A stretch of DNA of 64,000 nt from Mizuhopecten yessoensis (GCF_002113885.1 NW_018479984.1:138388-202387); one strand, 5' to 3'; shown: positions 24,414 to 38,025, numbered from the stretch's first letter. Program-made: numbers and translations. Notes: generated from the sequence alone by a model not told the origin.

Positions 24414-27400
24414 AATATTGATTACCGTCTTTTTGTTTATGTATTTTATGTTGTTGTAGTAGTGTTCCATAGTGACTGTTTATCTTTGTTATATGTTGTG
24501 ATATAATGTATTTAAGTGTCCATGTTTCTGTCTTAAACAAGAGTCGGATTGTCATGAAAATTCCACAATTCCCTTTGTTTGCACTGTCGTTATTGCTTCT
24601 TAACCTTTATATATATAATTATTGAAAACATTAAATGCTAAATTGATACATCGTATTTCTCTATTCATAGTGAAAAGGTATGTACAATATCATAACAGAT
24701 ATATTAAAGCACATTGGTTATCATATACATTTTGACATATATTGATGCCTGATGTTGTAGATGCACACCATTGAACTTCATCAAATTAAAATATATTAAC
24801 AAACAACATCACGTGCCACACACGTCTCTGTCATACATTCTTCCATTCATTCACAAAAACAAGTTCAAGCTTTCAGATTTACAGAATAACTAAGCTTTAT
24901 CTTTATCTGGTTGACATCCCTCCTTTGATGTTTGTACAGCACAACCGAACGCACCGAAAGGTGCTAGCATACTCTTTGTTCATACCTTGATAGTCATCAG
25001 GATAACTCTATAATTATAATGCGTCTCCAAAGCTGTATGATTGATCAAATATGATTTGTAAAGTGCACGATTTTAGAGTTTCTTCATGATAAATGATATG
25101 ATAAATTTTATGAAATTTGCCAGTTTCGTTGACCTTGTAGAGGCCGCAGTTAGTTGTCGGACAGGCGGGGAGCTGATTGGTCCTCCCATGAAGCTATCTG
25201 AAGTTATATCTGGCAAAAACGTCCATAAAACATCTTAAAACATGGTGTGATTAAACTCAATCTTTCATCTTAAGTGGTATACGATGCGTTAACCGTACTA
25301 GCTTGTAAATGACTTAATTATCGGTATTATCTTGAATATCTTAATTCAATTCTTAACAATCTTGTCATCGCATTGCTATGTTTTTATTGATAGATGAGAA
25401 AAACTAAGCGATAAATCCACGTTTTAAATCGATATAATGTGATTTTTTTGTGGTAGGTTCGTTTAAGCATCCGGAAAGATTTCAAAGATTTTATCTGGTG
25501 TATGAAGAGCGTTGAAATAATTTTGAGTCTTTTTTATATTGCAAATGACTCGATGCATTGTTTAAAAGATCGTATGATAGACTATTCTTGGTTAACAGTT
25601 ATGCTTTAAAATTGGCTCGAGATTATATCATTTTATCAAGTGACGAGGCAAACTGGTTGTATACCTCAGGACCTGACTTCAAAACGGAATAAATCAAACT
25701 TGACATACATGTACATAGTATACCTAGATCGAAAACAAAATCAAGTAAACTCTGTTTTTTTAATCATACTTGTTGTGTTTGATCATTTCGATATCAAACT
25801 TGCAATTCATATTTTAACTAAACAAACAATTTTGATAAAGATACTATCATAAACAAAACAAATCGTTTTAAACTATACAGTATCAATAAACCCATGTGTT
25901 TATCTGATCTGGACAAATGGGATCAAATTAAATTAGTCTTCGCTTTTAAATTTAAGAGAGACAATTAAGCATGCATCCAATTAAACAGCAATTTATATTT
26001 GAAAAATAGAATATAAAAAAATATATTTTTAAAAAGTGTTTTTATCAAATCTGGTGATCGTTAGATTATCCCAACATGCTATTTTTTTCAATTAGCATTT
26101 TTTCAATAAAGATATTATCGTAAACTATATTTGTTAAATGGCTACTCGTTATATGTTATAACATTTGTCTGTATTTTATGGTGTAAAACATATCGAGGAT
26201 AAAAAGTAATAGCTGCGGTCTGGGTTAATAAGTTTTCGTATATTTTAGAATCCCGAGTTGCATTGGATATATTCTGCCATATTTAGATACATCTGATGAC
26301 AACACCCTTTCTTAAACGTGAAAAAGTAACGAGGAGTGCTTTCGTATCTAACTGATTGCCTACAGATGTATATGGCAATACCGCCTAAATAATCAACTTA
26401 TTTGAAATGGGCTGCTCTTTCGCGCGTGCAAACATTTCCAGACGCTCAGTACCTATTTGTCTATTTCAATCAAGCGGACACAAAAGATGAATGTAATATT
26501 TAATATAGTTGCAAATATAAACACAATAATAAGATTATTTTAAATAACTGCCTGAAATATAGTGGGTTTTTTTCTGTTAATCACTACCATCTGACGGAGA
26601 GCAACACCTACCTAAATTACATTGACCATTAAAACGTTAAAATGTCGTTGGCTTCTAACAAAATTGCTGTGTCTACGAATATTAAATCTGCAAAATGAAC
26701 TGTAAATGATGTTTTCATCATGCTAGGCATAGTATTTTGTCCTAGTACGTGATAAGAATGGAATTTATTGGATTGACTATAGAAACAGTTCAACAACGGA
26801 AAACAATTTTAAAGATTTCCATCTACATTCCATACTTGGTAGATTTAAATCCTTACATGTTTAGTGCAAGATGACGATTACATCAAATTTCAACAAAAAA
26901 ATCCGACTTATGTCAAGCAATTACAGTTATAAAACCCCTGGTATTTGTGAAATATTTGTATGAAAGTTTCAAAAAACACTAATATTTGCAAATATTTAAA
27001 TACAACTGCTATGAACATTGAAACTTCAATTTGAAGTTAATCATACACTCAATTATTTTATATTTGTTACATTGATCGATATCCTTCCATGCTCAACATA
27101 TTTCAAGTATGGTACATTTTATCATAGAGAAAAGGCACCATTCTTTATATTAAATGTCCTCGATAACCAGTGAAATGCTCTAATTGGAGTTAATATTGGG
27201 TCGTTGTTATCAGAGTTTTTTTCTGATCTCCATTGAATCAAAAGTCAGCTCTCATGTAAGAGAGTTTATCATAAAACATGTGTGTTGGTGGTAAAAGATA
27301 GAATATAACCCTCTGCATGAGCATCAATGTATCACTTACCGTTAAGATGGAAATCTGGGTAAATGTTCTCTTCAGCTTCAGCTGAGATAATAAAAGATCA

Positions 27401-28519
27401 GCACGCGTTGCTAAAACACGGTTCTTTAATATATGGTGTGAAAGGAAGACATAAGGTTCTTCAGAAAAGAAGCGTTTTCCTGGACAACGTTTCAACCCCA
27501 AAGAGACCAAACGTTTCAACATTGTCTATTAGTTGTTACGGAGATGCACACTTAAGTGTAGGAAGACTGTAGAGGACACCGTCGAGATAGCAGAAACATG
27601 GCTAGGATGTGAGGCATATAGGAATTTTGTCAATTAGGAATCGGAAGGTACTGGGTGATAAATTCAACCTAATTGATACTCTTTGGATTTCTAACATACC
27701 ATAGCAAGTGTGAAATGCTGTGAGTCGAGTACTGTTCTAAATATATTGGCATCTGAACGCATCCAGACGAAAGATCAATGAATGTAAATGAATGAATTAT
27801 TTCGGTCTGAAAATGGCCAATTCAGCTTCTGGAGGTTAAAAAGGATCTCATATTTAAACGTCTATGTGTATCGATTTAAATACCTAAAGCCAGGGCAGAA
27901 CCGGAAATATGAAAGAATAGATTCCCCGGGGACAAGATATGTAGGTTTTACTCTGTTAAGCTATCTTTGAGGAAAGAACTATATGACTCGTTATATGAAT
28001 CTTTTCTGACGCACTCACCCAACGAATGATCACCAAGCAAAGCTGCTCACCAGCAGTGGTCGAAGACCCCGAGGTAGTCGGTAGGGCACCTAAAGCTTAA
28101 GTTGAGCGTTAGATGGTTTTAACACATTATTTTTTTGTGAGTAACGATATCAGTACAAGTCGAGGTACAGCAGTAGTAATTAACAGTAACTTGTACTTGT
28201 GTAACACTACCCGACTGTCACTCTAATGTTGTGATGACAAATGACCCGGAGTGGTAAAATCGGCATCAAAAGTACTGTCCGATGTGTCTCCATTGGGACA
28301 GTGTGTTAAATTCTAAACAAAATTGTAAGAAAACTCTGTATCCTAATATTTCACTACAGTTTGCTCATTTTTAGCTCTAGTTTGGGCTGAACGAATGGTT
28401 TAGCTGAAGATGAAGGATTCAAAATCAGTATGCTAGTGGTACATTGTACCATATTATAAGTAAGACAGTCAAAAGCGTCTTTGCAACCAGAAAGTGTCGA
28501 TTTACATAATATGTGCTGT

Positions 28520-28980
28520 TCGAACAACAACAAAAAACTGTTTAAAGAAATTGTCCCATTGTTGTTTGATGGAATAGTGATCCTTCTGGAGCATTTCAGA
28601 GCAGCAAGCCAAATGTGTGCGTAGTGGGAAAATTCAGGACAACCCCTATGTCTCGTAGGTATCAACTTCCAAAAATGAGCGAGGTAGATATATGGGATAG
28701 AATATGGACAGGAATTTTATAGGGTGCACCCTTCACACCAATTCCAATAATAGGAGTTTGACAGATTGAAATGAACAGTCTGATCATTTACAAGAATAAC
28801 TGTATCAGTTGCCAAATGATAAAAAAACAGATTTGGAGAAATGGGGAATGTTTAAAATATCAATTATCACTGACAATGTTCAGCAAACGGTCTGTGTCGA
28901 TGCGATCTGCATTTTTCGTGTTGAAATTTTCAAGAAGGTTCAGATGTTTCAGTTTCCGTTATATCTTGCTGTGACCTCGC
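28520..28980 (+). pseudogene. Possible heavily decayed Ulp1/C48 peptidase-like coding relic (transposon-derived)
   Basis: Across frameshifts it reads LFDGIV..LEHF / SSKPNVCVVG / SEVDIWD.IWTGIL / VHPS..EFDRL / NVQQTVCVD / AFFVLKF. This follows the order of the Ulp1 motifs WLxDxII, VDIF, HW, YDSL and QQxxxxDCGxFV. Confidence 0.35.
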
Positions 28981-30287
28981 ATGAATTGAAGGTATGGTCG
29001 ACTTCGTAAGGAGAGGAATACTCCTCTGGTTGTAGCTATTATAACTTACATGCTGTCCATAAGTTGTGTTGAGAACTGCCTTACCATTCTAGAAACAGAG
29101 CTGACACTGAAATGCCGCAGCAGACTCGCCATTCTCTGTCCTATTTCAATGACTTATAAAACGACCCATTGCATCAAATATACATCATTCAGACAATTTA
29201 TGAGTAGGGTAGTCCGATCTTGATCCTGTCTCAGAGGCCTAGCGTGGAGCTATATCTCCGTGTTACGGAAGGCCGGACTGCTGAACGTGTAGAGCCTTCT
29301 CAACAAGATAAAGCAGAATTTGTTCTTGATGGTTTCAGGTTCTGCATTCTGTCTCAAACTCCGAACCCAGTAACACTGCATCATGCCTAATTTAGCCTCA
29401 TGTCTCACACATTTTGGTTGAAGTCATTGCCATTTGCAGTTCATTAGGGTATTATTCTACACAGACGATGAAAGGTAGGGCACCTATCTCCAATACTTCA
29501 CAGTAGTAATGACCTATGATCTGGAATAAGATGGTGGCTGTGGAATGCAGCACTGTCCATCAACTTATATTGAACTTTACAATCAGGTTTTATAAAGCTT
29601 TTCTTAAAGGCTTGGACCAGATTGTGGCACGTTTGCTATAGGAATAGTGTCGGGATAATCAAACAAAATTAATCTTGGGCCCTGTACGTGTAAATGCAGT
29701 GTACCAATTTCCCTGTGTGTGTTTGAAAATACAGTCTATGCAAGTTTCCTAAGAGTTAAATCCACTTAAAAATATGTAACCCGAGAACTTTGGCAAGTTA
29801 CAGATTTTACCATTTGTTATATATTTTTGCAAATTGTTGCCATTCAGAATGTTTTTGTTATAAAGCATGTTAATATCTGGGAAGTTGAAAACAAATCCAA
29901 CACTAGGATCCTTTAATCGTTCCAATTTTCACAAATATTGGTAACTAGTTCTATTCATAACCCAAGTAGGTCATAGACATGGTTGCAATTCGAATAATTT
30001 AAAGTATGAACGATCACGAGTACAATATACATTGTACGAACAAAGGAGTGTAGTGTAAAGGGCAAGGTAGATACCATACACAATATCATATCCGAAGTAT
30101 ATATATCCATTGTGGCTTCCTGGACTGTGGAAACTCCTTGAGCAGTGGACGGGGGCCCCCTCAGATGAAAACTCTCCGTGGCTTGAACTGATCATGATGA
30201 CGCTCCATCCGACTAGATCACAGCTGCAAGTATTTCTAGGCTTTGGCGATTGGTGTGTATGTCGTGATTTCGAGGCCCCGGGCAGGG

Positions 30288-30645
30288 CATCCTCGACATC
30301 CAGGGGTGACGCTCACTTTCGCTCTCTGCACCCATGGAATATGTCATAGCAAAATTGAAGGCACGAAAATAGCTGTTTGATTGGTCTCATGTAAAAAAGA
30401 CCACTGACCAATCGCTAGGCTGATAACTGTCCTTTGAAGATTACAAAGGAGCGACAGTCGACTTCAAAGCCTGTCATTTTGTACCGTTATGCGACCGCGA
30501 GATTCTTTTTATGTACATTAAAGGATCGAAATAGTCTTCTTTTCCCATCAACAAGGTGGTACACACTGAGCCTTCAATTTAGCTATGACATATTCCAGGG
30601 GTGCAGAGAACGAAAGTGAGTGTAACCCCCCTGATATCGAGGATG
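30288..30645. mobile_element. MITE (non-autonomous DNA transposon) with ~75-bp terminal inverted repeats
   Basis: catcctcgacatccaggggtgacgctcactttcgctctctgcacccatggaatatgtcatagcaaaattgaaggc (30288-30362) is an imperfect reverse complement of 30570-30645. The flanks cgggcaggg and cggacagac may be a decayed 9-bp TSD. Confidence 0.9.
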
Positions 30646-30795
30646 CGGACAGACCAGAAGTTATAAAATTGTATTCCTTTGTCACTTGCGTTTCTACACA
30701 AGATATCTCCAGCACACACACATAGGGAGCTATTAGCCAGGTGGCATAATACTAGTAGTTAGCGCCTGATAAGGCAGCTCCTGCGAATTCCTCAA

Positions 30796-30880
30796 TACAT
30801 TCGAACCTCGTTATCTCGAACTCTTTTAACTCGAAGACACCGTTTATCTCGAAGTATTTCTCCGGTCCCGGCCAAATCTC
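30796..30880. mobile_element. Single terminus of a Tc1/pogo-type MITE
   Basis: ta-cattcgaacctcgttatctcgaactc...tatctcgaagt resembles the TA-CAGTCGAACCTCG termini with internal TCTCGAA subrepeats. I saw no partner end. Confidence 0.55.
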
Positions 30881-33532
30881 TTCTTTATCTTAGTAAATAA
30901 ATTGTATTGTTTTGATTGATATATATGCTAATTGTATTGACTGTATATAATTGTATATCTATGTACTGTCAAGCTCTTTAGAGTGGCTTATGTTTATGTT
31001 TATTTATTTTGTTTATTCAATTAATAAAATATAACGTGCCAGATACGGTAGTGTGTGTTCCTCAGAAGGTTTAAGATATGAACTAACTCTCATTATTGTA
31101 CTTTTTCAAATATTACATGAGTTTTTTCTATATACATTGTATATTATCTGTGCATTTTATATATTTCAGTATTATATATGTGTGTATCGTATATCGTATA
31201 GGTTACATGTTTTAATAGCTGATTTCTCCAATTTTGACATTATGAGACGGCATTTGTATTAAAAGTGTCAGGAATGTAACACATTTTCCTGAATTGCAGT
31301 GTGTGATTATTTCATGAAAAAACTTGAAATCACATTTAACAGGCGGACAATAGAAATAAATGGCTTTGATAGTTTCATGCAGTGTAACTCCTATGTAAAC
31401 GGCTATACTGAAGTTTATGTGTCGGTGTATATATCGTCTTTCATAAAAGCCTTATTATTTTGTCGTAAAACTAAAAAAAAATGGACTTCATAATTATGAA
31501 GTAAAAGCAGAAAAAGAAAAAAATGTGTTTTGATCAAGAAGTTGTTTTATTAGGTACGATAACGCACCCACATTGTGATGTATGAGGATGGGGGCTGAAT
31601 GAGATATACATAGACTCGTTATTTCATCGTCTGATTGATCATAACGAAATAAATCAGCTGTATTTTGTCACTCGTTGTATTGTAGCACAGGTGTGCCGGG
31701 AACACCTGGAAGGTAATTACCGAAGGGGGTTCTGTCCTAATGTCACAGGTAAAACAGGGCAAGTATTAATGCTGTGTCATATTGTATGGTCGATTGACAC
31801 GTATAATCGCTAAACCTCCAATTAAACCATATACTCCAATATTTATTGCTCCAACATGAACGCATAAAATAATACACGGAATTCAGTCTATTATTTTATC
31901 CTGATTAATTTGGTCTATTCGGGTATTCAGATTGTATATTTCAGGCCATACAGTTATTCAGAATAATGATGACACAGTTTTACGGTATTTGTAGAAAATT
32001 GAAATTAATATTAAGAAAAAATTAACTCTGATAATTTTGATCACTTGGATGTCTGATTCTAGGGAGTGCTTTTCCAGATTTGATCAGACCCTAAGTTCTA
32101 AACTAAGCTAGAAGTACATGTACATGTAAAATGCAGTCGATTTTTTTTTTTATAAAAACTTGGGCCTGAAGCTAGTCTAGGTATTATCAAACTTTTAATG
32201 TTGACTATAACTGTCTTTCAAAGTGAAAGGAATAATTCTACGCTGAGCTAATGCCTCTTCATTCTTCTAAACCAGCCATTTTAAAACTGTTGTTATTTAT
32301 ACGACGCTGAATGCTAGTCAACATTGACTAGGTAATCAGACCACCAAGACAACATGTTTGTCAACAAAGAGCATATCACGTGACCCTACATTAAGTGGTA
32401 AACAAATAGATGGTTGTCAAATGTTTGAAACGAAAATAATTTCAGTTTATCTGTGGTACACACGCTTTGCTGATTCAAATATATTTTATTGGTCAGAATG
32501 GTCATTGTTTCGAGCTTGTTAAAATAATAATTTCACGATCATTAAAGTAAATCAGTATATGACACACGATACAATGAAACAAAGAAACAGGGGGTATCTT
32601 CATAAACGGGGGACATTCATTTGATTTTTTATTTTATTTCGTAGTCAGTGTGAGAATGATGTCTTTCAAGTTACTTTAAACAATTTAGAAGATCTTTTAT
32701 GTAAAAGAGGTAGATTTGCCAGTTACCTCCCTTCTACCTTACATCGACTGTGCATGAACTCGGCCACGCTAAAAGAAAATTTGAATTTGCCTTTGCGAAA
32801 CGGCGGCTTTGTTTTCTATTATATGTACTTCAATTACATTTTCAATATAACTGATATCTTGTTTTCAGGTTCGCCGTCCATAGTGCGCGGCAACATGTAT
32901 TAACTCCTATTATGTTCTTTCATATATAATACATCTTCATAAAAATATCTTAATACTAAGACATCATGTAAATAATTTTGAAAAATCGTGGATATGTTTA
33001 TTGTAAAATATCTATGTATACAGAGTCTGTTTTATTTCTGGTGAATTATTAATAAATTTTGAAAAGTTGAACTTATGTTGTTGTTTTTCTGTATCAAGCC
33101 TGTAAATGTTTATGATATTGGAAATATAACGCAAACAAGTATATATGTAATGAAAAAAAACATTTATTCCCCTTTTGAATAGAAATACCCTGCATAAAGA
33201 GACTCTGAACGGTATAACACGTTAAACTAAATCAGCATGTTCTTGTTCATGTTCGTCCGTTATCAGAACATCATTGACGTAGTCATTAAATATCATTATT
33301 GTATCAACTTATGTAGGGTATACGGAACATAGTGCTGGATAACCATGTCTAATTAAAACACAACATTTTCTGATTAAAAGAAAAAGAAATTCTGAAACAA
33401 TAAAAAAATCCACATTTGATTCGGATATTCTGGTAAATAATGGTACAGTTTTTAATAACAAAATGTATAGTTACGTAAACTATCAGATTTAAATATATCC
33501 TGTGAATTTTGCCCGAACAATTCGATACATTT

Positions 33533-36228
33533 TTTATTAATAATAATTTCAGGTACAATAATGAACAAAATAAGACCAAACTATTTGCAGTATTTTCATA
33601 TAATATTTTGTTTATAAATCTTTAAAAGTCAAATACAGTATTATCGAATAAATTATACAGTTTTCATACCACTGTCTTACATCCTCAAAAAGTATAAAAC
33701 TCTGAAAATGTATCTACACAGTCTTAAACAATGCTAAACAGCCGAGATGTACAGAGGCCGATTAGGGCGAACACACGACAAGTCGCGTTCGATGCTGCCG
33801 TAATGGCCCACCGTAGAAATGATATCTACAACACCGTGAAATATAACGGAATAGTATGTCGACAGTAGGTGTGAACATAAAAAACATGAAAGACTCGGAA
33901 CGATACGCACATATAAATATTAAAAAATACACTCAATGACACAAGAAATCGACCCTTCATTTCAATTATTAAGTGTGAAGTTAAACTATCAATAAGGGCT
34001 GTCCAGCAAACCATGAATTAACCGTACGACATCAATTATATGTTTAGAATTCTTGATGCATGAGGAAAGTAATCCATCAAAATATCTGTCAAAAAGGAAT
34101 TATAAAATTGCACTTGTTGACGAAATTATAGGGCTGGTTTTAATGTTATCGATCCTGGATTGAGTGTTATTTTCCATAATGACTTCGACAAATAAGTTTA
34201 TGAAAATGTGATTTATAGTATATCAACACAGCCTATAAGGAAACGATATTTTAATATTCACGTTACTTAGGTAAACGATCCATCAGTGCAGGGGGACATC
34301 TAACGTACGATCTGTTTTAACCCGTCAAACATGGAAAATATTAATGAAGTATTTTTCTGTTCTACAATCAACATTTTCTTCTGAGAACAGGCAAGGCTGT
34401 TATTGTTTGATCAATATTGCTATATTTTAATAGATAAATGCTATCCCCGTTCTTATTATAAGAACGCACAGATACCGTAAATGCTACACAGATATCACTG
34501 TGATCACCGACCAAATATCGGAATACCGATACGTATCGATATATCGTTGCGGATCTAATAAAACTGGCCTACTAAAATCAACACATTGCTGTCAATTAAA
34601 TAAGGTATCTATCTTTTTTTCCGTCAGTAGTTTGCATCATTGGATATACTCATTTTTTTTTATCAAATGAGAGGACCAAGACGTGGAAGATTGTCAATGA
34701 ATGAAACTATGCTTACATCCGGAACTTCACCGACATTGTTACATCCTTATAGCATATAAAATATAACTTCAATATTAACATCAGTATGAATTCCTTATTT
34801 ACTTTATAACCAAATGAATGATGGTCGGGTGGTGCAGTGGATAGCGCACTTGTCTTTCACCAAGGCGGCCGGGGTTCGATTCCCCGATCGGACTACACTA
34901 AGACCCCCGCACGCGCTAACATCCGGGTCAACAAGAGTGATTAATATAAGTTGAAATAACTTGTTTTATAATTATTGTAAAATAAATAAAGTTTATATGT
35001 ATACCATATAAAGGATCAGTTTTCAAATTAGGTCATTCAATACCATGTTTGGAGCTCGAGAATGTTCTCAGCCATTTAGCTGGCAATTCTATGTTTAGCA
35101 CTATCATGGGAACCAGGATACTTAGTAACTCATAATAAAGAAGTACCATGGTAACAACATTTAATGACAAACTAAAATAGAAATATACTATTGAACTTAT
35201 CACATGTTGGTTTCGGCTATACTATGTTCTTAATGAAAGGACCTTTACGAAATGAACAAATATATAGATAATTTTATTTCACAGTAATTGTTGCCATATC
35301 ATCTTGAATGAAAATTGCGTAATAAATATATATTCAAAGTGCCTATACACATTAACAATATATACAGGTGATACGAAATGTAAAGTTGTGTAAAACACAG
35401 CAATTACAAATGATGTAAGTTTTTATATTTACACTTAATACGCATGCGCATCGTCATATGATGCTTGAGACATACATCCTGTATTAGGTCTTCAGTGGAG
35501 AATGCATGCGCATGCGCAATTCTTAGAAGGAAAACACCACCGATGAATTGTGTAACATCCTTGCATTACCGGAATCAAAATCCACAGCAAAACCTCAGAG
35601 TGATATATAAAGTTATACAAACATGAAATACGTGGATGTAATTGCGCATGCGCGATATTGCAGAGTACGGCAGCCCCTGAGAGATCTACACCAGTGTCAC
35701 GTGGTACAGCACTTGTTAATACATGTATATACGTGTCTTTTCAAAGTGCACATTACTTCCGCTGTATTTATCTTTACGACACGTAGCAATTGCACGGTTT
35801 CAATATTGTATCCACTTCCGTGTCCAAACCCACGTTTCCGGTTACTTCAAGCCACTTCCATTCCCAGTCATTTCAAACCACCTCTTTCCTAAATCACAAC
35901 AAAGAATTATGCGAATTCCATGTTTGTCATCGGTCGCCACAAAGAACTTACACTTGTCCCAGTTCCATTTTAGGCAAACAAACGGAACTAAAGAAAGCTC
36001 CACTTTCTGTTGCAGAGGCTAAAAGCAACTAAATACAGTTCCACTTCCGGTTTTAGTTGACACTGGGAATTGAACAGAGTTCTTTTTTCATATCACCCAA
36101 TCAGCTTCCAGGAGTTCGAAGAGTTCCTCTGATATGGATCACACACACCATGATTCCGAAATCCTTGATATGCAAAGCACGAAAGAGAACTTCGTTAGGA
36201 GGTAAGGTTTTAATCCGGAAGTGCTTTT
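33533..36228 (-). other. Putative Wnt5 3' UTR with candidate poly(A) signals
   Basis: Non-coding sequence follows the stop codon. Minus-strand AATAAA (plus tttatt) occurs at 35273-35278 and 33533-33538. The true end cannot be determined from sequence alone. Confidence 0.4.
34823..34995 (+). mobile_element. Short tRNA-derived SINE (second family)
   Basis: It has an A box tggtgcagtgg (34830-34840) and a B box ggttcgattcc (34873-34883). A non-tRNA body and an AT-rich tail follow. There is no proper acceptor stem. Confidence 0.8.
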
Positions 36229-36690
36229 TTACTTACAAGTGTGTACATCAATCTCCCGTTCACATGACTTACACTTCACATAGCAACACCAATAAAACTT
36301 ACAGTGACACCTTTCAACGAGTCTCCGTTTGAATGTGTTGTAGCCACGCCCACAACACATGAGGTCACATCCGTCCATACCCACTGAGTTCCTATTACAC
36401 TCACGACCTACCGTGCCTAAACTACCGGTAGTACGATTAGCGTTACAATAATCCGGCGACTCGTCTAAATATATTATATCTTCTTTTGTTGGTTTGTTGT
36501 ATCTCGCAATTTTTCTCTTCAATTTTGTTCCCCTTCTGTTGAAGCGGACTTCGCAACTTCCGTCGTATCGGTCCTTTAGACGGTTTCCGACATCCCGGAA
36601 ACTGGGAAGCTGCTGCCAGCACGTGGTCAGGCTACAGGAACCGGAAACACCGTGACATTTACACGATACCTTGGCGTAGTTATACACAGC
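36229..36690 (-). CDS. Wnt5: Wnt5 terminal coding exon (C-terminal 153 aa plus stop; partial gene)
   Basis: The minus strand reads tatgttgtag|GCTGTGTATAAC (acceptor AG at 36692-36691, phase 0). It translates to [28 protein letters not shown]...ESPDYC...[11 protein letters not shown]...[14 protein letters not shown]...[18 protein letters not shown]...HTCK*. The full Wnt Cys pattern and the [10 protein letters not shown] lipidation motif are present. VYNxAxVxCKC, GMDGC, ERCHCKF and the exon start position match the Wnt5 subfamily as I recall it. Confidence 0.93.
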   Translation of the reverse strand, partial: AVYNYAKVSCKCHGVSGSCSLTTCWQQLPSFRDVGNRLKDRYDGSCEVRFNRRGTKLKRKIARYNKPTKEDIIYLDESPDYCNANRTTGSLGTVGRECNRNSVGMDGCDLMCCGRGYNTFKRRLVERCHCKFYWCCYVKCKSCEREIDVHTCK

Positions 36691-37992
36691 CTACAACATA
36701 CAAAAAGTATAGATTTACTGATACATTCCTTAATTATCAACGGTTGAAATTCCAAAAACAAAAACAGTGTACGAAATGAATGTACTTATGATAAGTGTAT
36801 TGCATGCTTTTACCAATCATTGCATATCATGGTTGTTTTGATTACTATATATCATGATGTCACACAGTTCTTTAATTTAATTTAATCTAATTTAATTACT
36901 TAACTAAAAAGAGAAAAAAAGTAAATGTAATATGGTCACGAAATCAGACAGCTTGAAATAAACATGTCACAACGTGCTTGATACTTGCATGTCGTAAGCA
37001 GTAGGTATCACGATTTGAATACATATCTAATTAAATTATCTTGTGTGTTTTAAGTTAAAGGAATGTTTTAATTTGTATGTATTGAGTGTATTTCATTTGT
37101 AGGTAAACATGGGTCAGCTTTCCTTCTGTGATCTGGTGTGTCTATACATCTAGTATGAACAAGTGCAAAAGAAACAGGTACTGCAATGACCACAATACAA
37201 CTTACAAGGACCATTTCATTCAAATACAGGCTCGATCACCAAAAACACCGTTAATGATAGACATAGACCAATTATCCAATCAAAACTAAGTTCTGCCAGT
37301 GCCCGACCTTAAATTTAAGGGAAATACCTGTCTAATACACAGGAGACTGTCAGAAAACATTCCTAATATGTTTATGCATATCTGGATCAATGGAATGTTG
37401 ACACCACAACGAATATCTTCAAGATGGCTTCGAACTGATGTCACAATCATTTTCTGTAGATTTCAAAGTCGATTTCATTGTCGATTTCAGACAGCTTAGA
37501 AATTGGCACGTACCAGGTGTGAATTAAGTGCACCAGTTCTATGTACATATATATAGTGAGGGTACAGGTGTCAGTCAATGACTGGTGATCTCTTGTACAC
37601 AATATTAACACAAATGACCCCTTTTTTCAAAAATGAATAATTCTTGAAGTAATGGATTGTACCCACCTCCCCGACTAACACGTCAGATTTAGGAGATAGT
37701 ACCAGCCGTATGTGTTTCGTACATGTATACATTTGGTCATGTGTAGCAAGCCGGGAGGCAAATCTCTAACGTTTTAGGTTTTTCATGGAGATAAATTCTT
37801 TAACTTGAGAAAAGTGTCAATTTTATATAAAGATATGCATTGAGGACTAAATAAACAACATTTCATGCTGAATGGTACAATAAGTAAAACCGCTCAAGTC
37901 GTCCATATACATATAAATCAAGGCAAAATTACTGGACCGCCTGTTCTGATATAGCAGCAGAATTTGTGTGGAATTTCTTTTTATATGAAAAA

Positions 37993-37996
<4 letters not shown>

Positions 37997-38025
<29 letters not shown>
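37997..38025. repeat. (AT)n microsatellite
   Basis: Directly visible. There are similar short tracts at 15761-15780 (AT) and 23198-23239 (TG then poly-G). Confidence 0.9.

Noticed and set aside
34823-34895. tRNA gene
   Set aside because: A and B boxes are present but there is no clean cloverleaf or acceptor stem, and it continues into a SINE-like body and tail.
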